Source: Horticoccus luteus
GTDB taxonomy: Bacteria; Verrucomicrobiota; Verrucomicrobiia; Opitutales; Opitutaceae
NCBI RefSeq assembly: GCF_019464535.1
Contig: NZ_CP080507.1
Span: 2,520,001-2,552,000, forward strand
Direction of reading: 5' to 3'
DNA: 32,000 bases
The notes beneath the pieces were generated by a model. That model had not been told where the DNA came from. It worked only from the letters and a program-made list of their open reading frames with translations, and searched no databases. Every line of letters starts with the position of its first letter. The stretch's first letter is position 1. A program made the translations under genes and the position numbers. This document shows positions 7,245-22,003 of the stretch, one piece after another.

Positions 7245-7778
7245 TCACTGCTTTTTCTCGCGATACACCTGGATGTCACTGACGACGATTTCCCCCGCCC
7301 AAACATCGTAACGCTTCCCAAAAGTTTCGGTGATCCGAAGTGTGATCTGCACCTGATCCAGGCGGGACAACTCATACACGAGCTCCTGCCAACGAATCGT
7401 TACCGCCTCATTTGGCCGAAGCAGAACGGGCTTCAGATCAGCTTCGGGCACCACGGTTGTCACGCCGTCGTCGTTCGTGTCGAGATCCCAGACCAGCGTG
7501 GTTCTCGTGTAGTTCGGACCGGCTTCGCCTCCCTTGATAAAATCAGCAGTCGGGATTCGGAGCGACTTGGTCCCTTTATTTGTGATCACCACCTTGTATC
7601 TCGCGAGGTAGGCATCTCGCTCTTTCAGTTTGTCGGGTGCGTTCGGATCGAACTCATATTTCAACGCACTGACAGTCGCGGTGGCGTGCATGGCATCGGC
7701 CGCACGCAGACTTTTTGGGAAGAGCCATCCCGTGAGAAACAGGCCAAGAACAATTCGAAGAGGTGTCTTTGTAATCAT
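7245..7778 (-). CDS. Exported hypothetical protein; candidate cognate immunity protein of the upstream Rhs C-terminal domain
   Basis: The internal ATG at 7778 of track ORF 7245..7811 overlaps the upstream stop (ATGA, 7775-7778). It has a Sec-type signal peptide (MITKTPLRIVLGLFLTGWLFPKSLRAADA). G+C is reduced (31/60 at 7561-7620). No family recognised. Confidence 0.65.
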   Translation of the reverse strand: MITKTPLRIVLGLFLTGWLFPKSLRAADAMHATATVSALKYEFDPNAPDKLKERDAYLARYKVVITNKGTKSLRIPTADFIKGGEAGPNYTRTTLVWDLDTNDDGVTTVVPEADLKPVLLRPNEAVTIRWQELVYELSRLDQVQITLRITETFGKRYDVWAGEIVVSDIQVYREKKQ

Positions 7779-9484
7779 GGTTTTTTGCCTCCCGTGTAAC
7801 TCCACATCCACAGATAGTCACCATCGGTTCCCATCCTCCCCGTGTGAACAGGTCCGCCGGGGCGATGCTCGGTTGTGTATTTGATTAAGTCTTTGGCGGC
7901 ATAAATCGTCTGGCCTTGATAGAAGTATCTCCGTGCCCAGGCATTGGGCGTTCCTCCGCCGGCTGCACCTACCTCACACGCGAAGAAGTAAGCCTTCCCG
8001 GACGGATTCAGGTGATTCGCGAACAGCCTGATCGTGCTCGCCGAAACAGCCTTGCCGTTGATGTAAATGCCGTCGCTGTTTCCGTGTCCGAAGAACCCAA
8101 TCGAATCGACCTTGCCAGGGTTGTTTTTGAACCACTCTGCAATCTCTTTTTCGTTCGATACGCCGACGGACAGGGTGCTCCGAGCATTCGCGCCGGCCTC
8201 GAAGTCCTCGTGCGAAGCAGCACTGTTCAGGAAGTCGCCCTTGTCGGATTTATCATAAAAGCCGACCGAAACCTTGGCGTCCTGCTCGTTTGATGGAAGC
8301 TGCGACTCATGCTGTGCGGCGTTGAGAAGATACTGGAACGCTCCACTAACGGCGCCATTGGCAAACTTGCCTCCGCCGAGCGCTGAGGCCGTTCCACCAA
8401 CAACAGCGGATTCAACAGCGCCGGCATATCCGTTGCCGACGAAGGGCGAAGCCCCGGCTGTGAAGAAGCCCGCGTAAAAGCCATGGCGGAACTGACCTCC
8501 TTGAGCTTCAGAAACGCCACCTTCGGCAACGCCGTGCGCAAGCATGCGCTCAAAAAGTTGATCCTTGTCCGGAAACGCCGACCCGATCCCATAGGTCAGC
8601 CCTCCCGCGATGCCTCCAACAACTGCACCGATCGCACCAGCCTTAAACGCGTCGCCGACACTACCGCCGTTGAGCAATGATCCAGCGAAAGCGGATCCGA
8701 ACCCAGCACCCGCCCCCGCGACTACCGCGCCAAAGGCAGTGAGCGCCGGCGCTCCGGCCACACCAGCCATCGCCTGAAGCGCGACCGCCAGTGAAAAATA
8801 TTGGCCGCACATCGCACCGACTGCGACCAATGCTGCGCCAGCGGTCACGACTGCCGCGACCACAACTGCGACGATGACACCGACATCTTTCAGACTGAAG
8901 TAGCCGCTCGGATCGGTGCCACCCAAGGGATTGTTCGAAAGATAGGAGTACCGGTTGTAATCCTGCGAGTCTCCAGCATCCCCTACGAATGGGTCCGCCG
9001 AGAGGAACCGCCCCAGCACGGGGTCATAGACGCGGCCATTCATGTGGATGAGGCCGAGGTCGTCGAGGTGCTCGTGATCGGTGAAGCCGCGGGTGACTTT
9101 GTAATTGTTGGCCGAGGTGACGAGCGCGGTCGCGTAGGTGCTCAGGTCGACATCGAATCGCTTGCCCCATGCGTCGAAGGCGAAGCGCTTCACGACCTGC
9201 CCGAGTTCGTTGGTCACGGCCGTGATCGAACCAAGCCCATCGGTGTGAAAGTATTGTACTTCGTGGGTCGAGTCATTGCGCTCCACGTAAACGGCGACCC
9301 GGCCCGTCGGCGCCATGATGTAGTGGCGGTTCTCCACCAACGGGCTCCCGCCTGTGCCGGTGACCTTCTCGAAAAGGCTGCCGATGTAGAGCGTGGTGCC
9401 GAGGTGACTCACCTGCTTCACGCGTTCGTGCGCCGCGCCGAAGCTGAATTCGCTAACGTTCTCGACGGTCTTGACGACATGCAT
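7775..9484 (-). CDS. RHS repeat-associated core domain protein, N-terminally truncated (core tail + hydrophobic linker + unassigned C-terminal toxin-like domain); start uncertain
   Basis: The frame is open from 9700 to the stop at 7775. Rhs core-tail motifs are present: YFHTDGLGS, FDAWGKR, LIHMNGRVYDPVLGRFLSADP, NRYSYLSNNPLGGTDPSGYF. The first in-frame ATG is at 9484; GTG candidates lie at 9694, 9610, 9547 and 9529. The part of the track ORF above 9700 is the terminator and antisense tRNA, not coding. Confidence 0.7.
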   Translation of the reverse strand: MHVVKTVENVSEFSFGAAHERVKQVSHLGTTLYIGSLFEKVTGTGGSPLVENRHYIMAPTGRVAVYVERNDSTHEVQYFHTDGLGSITAVTNELGQVVKRFAFDAWGKRFDVDLSTYATALVTSANNYKVTRGFTDHEHLDDLGLIHMNGRVYDPVLGRFLSADPFVGDAGDSQDYNRYSYLSNNPLGGTDPSGYFSLKDVGVIVAVVVAAVVTAGAALVAVGAMCGQYFSLAVALQAMAGVAGAPALTAFGAVVAGAGAGFGSAFAGSLLNGGSVGDAFKAGAIGAVVGGIAGGLTYGIGSAFPDKDQLFERMLAHGVAEGGVSEAQGGQFRHGFYAGFFTAGASPFVGNGYAGAVESAVVGGTASALGGGKFANGAVSGAFQYLLNAAQHESQLPSNEQDAKVSVGFYDKSDKGDFLNSAASHEDFEAGANARSTLSVGVSNEKEIAEWFKNNPGKVDSIGFFGHGNSDGIYINGKAVSASTIRLFANHLNPSGKAYFFACEVGAAGGGTPNAWARRYFYQGQTIYAAKDLIKYTTEHRPGGPVHTGRMGTDGDYLWMWSYTGGKKP

Positions 9485-9702
9485 GGGGGCAATCACGGCG
9501 ATGGTGTCCGGCGCGGTGGAGTCGTCCACGGGTCCTTTTTCAAACACGGTGAATGCTCCCGTCGCGGCGTCGCGCTCGGTCAGCGGCGTGCAGGTGATTT
9601 CCGCCGCCACGCCAAAGCCGTTCGTTGCTTCTTTGAGACGCTCGCCGGGCTTCGACTTGTTGAGCGCCGCTCCGCGCGGCGAGTTGTTTGCCACCGCCCA
9701 AC

Positions 9703-9724
9703 AAAAAACCCGCCTTGCGGCGGG
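9703..9724 (-). terminator. Intrinsic terminator downstream of tRNA-Ala
   Basis: The minus strand reads CCCGCC-gcaa-GGCGGG followed by TTTTTT, starting 6 nt after the tRNA 3' end. Confidence 0.65.
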
Positions 9725-9729
9725 TAAAT

Positions 9730-9805
9730 TGGTGGACCCTAGCGGGTTCGAACCGCTGACCTCCTCAATGCCATTGAGGCGCTCTACCAACTGAGCTAAG
9801 AGCCC
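9730..9805 (-). tRNA. tRNA-Ala (anticodon GGC), CCA encoded
   Basis: Minus strand: GGGCUCUUAGCUCAGUUGGUAGAGCGCCUCAAUGGCAUUGAGGAGGUCAGCGGUUCGAACCCGCUAGGGUCCACCA. It folds as a cloverleaf with a 7 bp acceptor stem containing the G3:U70 alanine identity pair. The anticodon loop is AUGGCAU (GGC) and the T-loop is GGUUCGAACC. Confidence 0.93.
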
Positions 9806-9860
9806 GTAAAAGACAGGACGGAGGAAAATCGGGCTTCACCGTCTGAACGCAAGGACTTTT

Positions 9861-10817
9861 TCAACCGTTGTCCACGGGGTCACGCATCCGGAACAGCAGC
9901 GACAGACCATTCTCACTTTTGCGATCCGGACGATTCGGCATCCGCACCCGATTGATCGCCGCCAGCGCCGCTGCGTCAAACTCCGGACTGCCCGATGTCT
10001 GCGTCACCCGGGCTCCGGAAATCGTGCCGCTCGGGCTCATGTTAAACGTCACCTCCGTCACGAGCGTGTCGCTCAGGCCCGGCGGTTTTTCCAACGCGTC
10101 GTGCGCGCGCGATTTCAACAAGGCGTAATACATATCCAGATCGTCGCCGTCGTCGCGGTGCAATGCTCGTCCGCCCGCGCCGCCGGTTTTGTTGCTCGTC
10201 GAACCCCCGAGCACGCCGCTGCGGATGCCTTCGGCATCGATCTTCGCCACCTTCGGCGCGGGCCCCGCTTTCGTGGCCGTCGTCTTCGTGCCATGCAGCT
10301 TGTCGAACTCCGCCTTCGTCATCTGCTTTTGCCGCGCCGCTTCCTCGGCCTTCGCCTTCTTTTCCGCCGCCTCCCGTTCATGCCGGTATTTCGTTTCCAG
10401 CCGCTTTGCGCGCTTGTCCGCGATGCGTTTCACATCTTTCGCGAAATTCGGCGCCTTGGTTTCGACCGGTTTCACCGGCGCTTTTTCCGCCGGCGTGGGG
10501 ATGACTGTCGCCGGCGCTGGCTGTGGCTCCGGCTGTGGCGCGGGCGTCGGCTCCGGCGGCGCCGTTTCGACGATCGGCGTCGGACGCTGCGGCACGGGTT
10601 CAGGGATGTTGACGGTCAACTTCACGCCGCCTTCTTCGCCGAGGGCTGGCGCGTCCGTCGCGGCGAAATTGTCGCCTTCGCCCGCGACGAGTTGGAACAC
10701 CTTCGTCGTCTCCGGCTGCCGCGGTTGCAGCGCGTAGGCAAAAAACAGCACCAGCGCCACGAGCGCTCCGTGAAGGAGCGCGGAAAGCAGAAAGGCGCCC
10801 GGCGAGCGAACCGTCAT
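9861..10817 (-). CDS. TonB/TolA-family energy transducer
   Basis: 318 aa with an N-terminal TM anchor, a Pro-rich spacer (PEPVPQRPTPIVETAPPEPTPAPQPEPQP), a Lys/Ala/Glu-rich helix and a TonB-C-like end (TFNMSPSGTISGARVTQTSGSPEFDAAALAAINRV). It is third in an exbB-exbD-like operon. Confidence 0.75.
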   Translation of the reverse strand: MTVRSPGAFLLSALLHGALVALVLFFAYALQPRQPETTKVFQLVAGEGDNFAATDAPALGEEGGVKLTVNIPEPVPQRPTPIVETAPPEPTPAPQPEPQPAPATVIPTPAEKAPVKPVETKAPNFAKDVKRIADKRAKRLETKYRHEREAAEKKAKAEEAARQKQMTKAEFDKLHGTKTTATKAGPAPKVAKIDAEGIRSGVLGGSTSNKTGGAGGRALHRDDGDDLDMYYALLKSRAHDALEKPPGLSDTLVTEVTFNMSPSGTISGARVTQTSGSPEFDAAALAAINRVRMPNRPDRKSENGLSLLFRMRDPVDNG

Positions 10818-10830
10818 CGTGCAGTTTCCC

Positions 10831-11259
10831 TCACCCCTCAGCCTGGGTGTCGAACGTCACCTTGGAGAGATTGTTCTTTTTCAACTCATCCATCAATTGG
10901 ATGACTTTTTCATACGGCACTTTCGCATCGCCGCGGATGCGGATCACCGGCGGCTTCGCCTCTTCGGCAAACGCCCGCAATTTCGACTGCAACTCCCGGA
11001 AGCTCACCGGCTGATCGCTCACGTAATATTCGCCCTGCCCGTTGATCGAGATCGCCACGAAACGCTGGTCCTTATCGGGCGGCTGCTGCGCGCTCTTCGA
11101 TTCGGCCGGCAGGTTGATCGGGATCGTCTGCTCCTGCTGGATGAGGGGCGTCGCGATCATGAAAATAATCAACAACGTGAACGCCACGTCGATCAGGTTG
11201 GTGACGTTGAGCTCCGAGATCGGATGCGCCGCCTGCTTGCGTCGGAAAGTGCGCGCCAT
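10831..11259 (-). CDS. exbD: Biopolymer transporter ExbD/TolR
   Basis: 142 aa with the typical N-terminus (ISELNVTNLIDVAFTLLIIFMI) and a periplasmic domain. It lies between ExbB-like and TonB-like genes. Confidence 0.85.
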   Translation of the reverse strand: MARTFRRKQAAHPISELNVTNLIDVAFTLLIIFMIATPLIQQEQTIPINLPAESKSAQQPPDKDQRFVAISINGQGEYYVSDQPVSFRELQSKLRAFAEEAKPPVIRIRGDAKVPYEKVIQLMDELKKNNLSKVTFDTQAEG

Positions 11260-11270
11260 GGTCGTGCCCG

Positions 11271-11969
11271 TTACTGGCTTTCCAGCTCGATGCGATCCGC
11301 CAGCGCGCTCGCATAGTTTTCGATTTCCGTGATCAACCGCTTGCTGTTCGCCAGGAGGTAATTGTAGCCGAACACCGAGGGGATCGCGACCACCAGGCCC
11401 GCGATGGTCGTCAGCAACGCCGCCGAAACGCCCGGCGCCAGCGTCTGAATCGACGCCGTTTGCTGCACCGACACCGCGCTAAACGCCTCCATCACGCCCC
11501 ACACCGTGCCGAGCAACCCGAGAAACGGCGCGCCCGTGACGATCGTCGCCAGGAAGATCATGCTCGATTCGTAGCGCAACGTCTGCCGCGCGAGCGCGCG
11601 CTGGAGCGCGTTTTCCGTGTGCTCCAGCCGCGACCGCTGGCTGTCCACGCCCTTCTCCTTCCCGATCGCCGCCGCCCGCCAATACGACTCCATCGCGTCC
11701 GCAAACAGGTCCGCGTAGGGAATCGAGCGCCGACTGCGATACGACTCCGGCAAGTCGAGCAGCGTGCGCTGGTCGCGCAGATGCCCCTCGAACGAGTGGT
11801 TGAGCAAACGCAGGCGTTTCAACTCGTAGTGTTTGCCGAACATGATCGTCCACGCGATCAGGCTGAACACGCCGAGCCCGACCGTGATCACCTGGCCGAC
11901 GGTGTCGCAGCGCAGAAAAACTTGGATGATGTTCGTGGTGGCGAAGAGGGGCGGAGGCACAGCGAGCAT
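11271..11969 (-). CDS. exbB: MotA/TolQ/ExbB proton-channel protein
   Basis: Only the C-terminal 232 aa (from MLAVPPPLF, ATG at 11969) of track ORF 11271..13205 look real. It has three TM segments and the motif GAPFLGLLGTVWGVMEAF...APGVSAALLTTIAGLVVAIP. Confidence 0.85.
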   Translation of the reverse strand: MLAVPPPLFATTNIIQVFLRCDTVGQVITVGLGVFSLIAWTIMFGKHYELKRLRLLNHSFEGHLRDQRTLLDLPESYRSRRSIPYADLFADAMESYWRAAAIGKEKGVDSQRSRLEHTENALQRALARQTLRYESSMIFLATIVTGAPFLGLLGTVWGVMEAFSAVSVQQTASIQTLAPGVSAALLTTIAGLVVAIPSVFGYNYLLANSKRLITEIENYASALADRIELESQ

Positions 11970-12083
11970 GTGGCGTGAGAGTTGGCGGTTTTGCCGGACG
12001 CATTCAACGGCAAACCGGCCGGCCCCGCCCCGTTTCTGGTTGCTCGTTCGTTGGGGAAATTTTTTCCTGCTTTTTCTCCCCTT

Positions 12084-13196
12084 ATGGACTTCAAGACCCG
12101 CACGCTTCAGGAACTGCGCGCCGCGCGCGGCATGCTCGCCTCGCGACGCACGCTGCTCGGCTTCGATGGCTTCGTCGACACCATCGTCACCCCCGTGGCG
12201 CTGCGGGCGAGCCAGGGCGAAAATTTCACGCCGTTCGCCGGCATCGCCGAATTCGGCCAGCGCATCGTCGGCGCGGCGGGCAAAAGCACCAACATCGAGC
12301 TCTATCCGCGCATGGATAAACTCGGCGGCAACGGTCCCATCATGGCCAACGCCCTTCTCGCCCAAGGCGCTCGCGTGACCTACGTCGGCGCGCTCGGCGA
12401 AGGCACCGTGCATCCCGTGTTTGCCGACCTCGCGCAACACGCCGAAGTCATCTCCCTCTGCGCCCCCGCCCACACCGTCGCCGCGGAATTCAACGACGGC
12501 AAAATCATGCTCGGCCTCATGCGCTCGCTCGACGAGATCACCCCGGAGAAAATCTCCGCCGTGCTCGGCGCCGACGGCTATCGCGACGCCCTCGCCCGCT
12601 CCGACCTCGTCGCCCTCGTCAACTGGACGATGATTCCCAACCTCACCGCCGTCTTTACCGACCTCGTGGAACGCGTCCTCCCGCAAACCCCCGTGCGCCC
12701 CGGCCGCCTCTTCTTCTTCGATCTCTGCGATCCCGAAAAACGCTCCCGCGCCGATCTTGCCTACGCCCTCGCCACGATCGCCAAGTTTGAACAATTCGGC
12801 CGCGTCACCCTCGGCCTCAACCTCAAGGAGGCGCAACAGGTTCACGCCACGCTCGGGTTTGCTCCGTTGACTGAGGCCGAAGAAGGCCTGCGCCAGATGG
12901 CCGCGGACATTCGCCAACACCTCGATCTGACGACTGTCGTCGTGCACCCGAAGGAATCCGCCGCCTGCGCGACCCGCGACGCCACGCACTGGGTTCCCGG
13001 CCCGTATGTCGCGCAACCGCTCATCACCACGGGCGCCGGCGATCATTTCAACGCCGGGTTTACCGCCGGCCAGCTCATCGGGCTTTCCCCGGAAAGTTGC
13101 CTCGGGGTTGGCGTCTGCACCAGTGGGCATTACGTGCGCACCGCCCGCAGTCCGAGCCACGGCGACCTCGAAACCTTCCTCGCCAACTGGCAATAA
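12084..13196 (+). CDS. PfkB/ribokinase-superfamily carbohydrate kinase-like protein
   Basis: It carries the C-terminal PfkB signature region (PLITTGAGDHFNAGFTAG). The start is taken at ATG 12084 (MDFKTRTL), because the upstream part of ORF 11982..13196 overlaps the exbB start region. Confidence 0.6.
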   Translation: MDFKTRTLQELRAARGMLASRRTLLGFDGFVDTIVTPVALRASQGENFTPFAGIAEFGQRIVGAAGKSTNIELYPRMDKLGGNGPIMANALLAQGARVTYVGALGEGTVHPVFADLAQHAEVISLCAPAHTVAAEFNDGKIMLGLMRSLDEITPEKISAVLGADGYRDALARSDLVALVNWTMIPNLTAVFTDLVERVLPQTPVRPGRLFFFDLCDPEKRSRADLAYALATIAKFEQFGRVTLGLNLKEAQQVHATLGFAPLTEAEEGLRQMAADIRQHLDLTTVVVHPKESAACATRDATHWVPGPYVAQPLITTGAGDHFNAGFTAGQLIGLSPESCLGVGVCTSGHYVRTARSPSHGDLETFLANWQ

Positions 13197-13214
13197 TTTC
13201 CCCAACGTCGCACC

Positions 13215-13880
13215 ATGCCTCTGAAACAGAAACCCGCCGGCAAACTCATCTCATTCGAAGGGTCCGAAGGCTCGGGCAAATCGACCCAGCTTTCCCGCCT
13301 CGCGGCGCATCTGCAGAAAGCGCATCACGAGGTTGTCACGACCCGCGAGCCCGGCGGCACCGAGATCGGTGAGCAGATCCGCAATATCATCGTCCATAAT
13401 TCCAAAGGCGACGAAATGTGCGCGGAGACCGAGCTCCTCCTGTTCACCGCCGCCCGCGCCCAGCTCGTCCGCGAGATCATCGCGCCCGCTCTCATTCGCG
13501 GCGCCATCGTCCTCAGCGACCGCTTTCTCGATTCGTCCACCGTTTACCAAGGCATCGGTCGCAACCTCGCCGCCGATCCCGTCAACCAGATCAACCGCTT
13601 CGCCGTCGGCAACGTGATGCCCGACATGACCATTGTCATCGACGTGCCCACCGATGTGAGCCTCGAACGCATCCGTCAGCGCGCCTCCGATCTCCCGGAT
13701 CGCATGGAGCGCGAGAACATCGATTTCTACGAAAAGGTGCGCGAAGGTTACCTCGTCCTGGCCAAAGGCATGCCCGACCGCTTTGTCGTGATCGACGGCA
13801 CTTTGTCCGCCGACGCGATTGAGAAAAAAGTCTGGCACGCCGTGTCTGAACGTCTGGCCTCTCCCGCCGTGCTGGTCTGA
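13215..13880 (+). CDS. tmk: dTMP (thymidylate) kinase
   Basis: P-loop FEGSEGSGKSTQ, a TREPGGT motif and DRFLDSSTVYQG. Length 221 aa. Confidence 0.95.
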   Translation: MPLKQKPAGKLISFEGSEGSGKSTQLSRLAAHLQKAHHEVVTTREPGGTEIGEQIRNIIVHNSKGDEMCAETELLLFTAARAQLVREIIAPALIRGAIVLSDRFLDSSTVYQGIGRNLAADPVNQINRFAVGNVMPDMTIVIDVPTDVSLERIRQRASDLPDRMERENIDFYEKVREGYLVLAKGMPDRFVVIDGTLSADAIEKKVWHAVSERLASPAVLV

Positions 13881-13899
13881 TTCCAGCGGCGCGCTTCGG

Positions 13900-18812
<4,913 letters not shown>

Positions 18813-18917
18813 ACCCGAAAAAATCTCTGTGTCCTCAATGCCTCGTTCCCGTTAACTCCTTTCCTCTCCACCGCCGTTCACTCCGCTCCCCGCCTCGCCG
18901 CTCCCGCTTCCGCCCGC

Positions 18918-21476
<2,559 letters not shown>

Positions 21477-21579
21477 GTCCGCATTCGCAGCTTATCTCTG
21501 CGCCGTAGTGGCCGCGTGTGCGTGCAGAGAGCCGCTGCCGACGCCCGCGCTCGTTTCCGCCTGCGGCTCGCCCGCCTCT

Positions 21580-21999
21580 TCACTCCACGAGCGGAATTTC
21601 CAGCAGTCTCGCCGCCTCGCGCATCCGCTGATCCTTCGTGAAAAACGAGCCGGTGATCACCGACAGATACGTCGCGAGGTGGATCGCGTCCAATGTGCGC
21701 AACGGCACGTGTGGGTGCACGTCGAGCATCACATCCTTCGCCTTCCGTGCGATCGTGCCGTCGAGCACCGCGAGATAAATGCTTTCTTCCTGCACTTGCC
21801 GCTCGAACTCCGCCCACAACAGCGAGCGCTGCGCTGCGTTGATTTCCTTCGCCCGCTCCTTTCGCAGCAGCGTCGAGAACAGCTCCCCATACGCCAGCTC
21901 CGAGGTCACAATCACCGAGCCGGAAACCTTGGCCACGCAGGCCGCGGAATCCGGCTCGTTGACGAACAGTTTCGCGAGGACGCAGGTGTCGAGATACAT
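21580..21999 (-). CDS. vapC: Type II toxin-antitoxin system VapC-family PIN-domain toxin
   Basis: 139 aa with the N-terminal MYLDTCVL acidic residue and further conserved acidic positions (SELAYGE, LDAIHLA). It starts 4 nt after the upstream antitoxin-like gene. Confidence 0.85.
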   Translation of the reverse strand: MYLDTCVLAKLFVNEPDSAACVAKVSGSVIVTSELAYGELFSTLLRKERAKEINAAQRSLLWAEFERQVQEESIYLAVLDGTIARKAKDVMLDVHPHVPLRTLDAIHLATYLSVITGSFFTKDQRMREAARLLEIPLVE

Positions 22000-22003
22000 C
22001 GGC

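Noticed and set aside
7113-9727. Plus-strand ORFs 7113..7799 and 8801..9727, antisense to the immunity candidate and the Rhs-like gene; also 6264..6974 (+), antisense to the RAYT-like gene.
   Set aside because: The minus-strand products have a clear signal peptide, Rhs motifs and HUH motifs. The plus-strand translations have no recognisable features.
3606-9729. A duplicated tRNA-Ala 3' segment (att-like direct repeat) at the distal island boundary.
   Set aside because: I looked for gggttcgaacc-type sequence on either strand near 3600-3800 and elsewhere in the island and did not see one. This was a by-eye search only, so an aligner could still find a short or degenerate copy.
9701-9790. The first ~30 codons (MVERLNGIEEVSGSNPLGSTNLPAARRVFC) of track ORF 7775..9790.
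   Set aside because: This stretch is the antisense reading of tRNA-Ala (9730-9805) and its terminator hairpin. It is not a plausible N-terminus for the Rhs-like protein.
11970-13205. Upstream 412 codons of track ORF 11271..13205 (-).
   Set aside because: They overlap the PfkB-like gene on the plus strand and translate to Gly/Ala/Glu/Arg-rich junk. The ExbB-like sequence begins only at the ATG at 11969.
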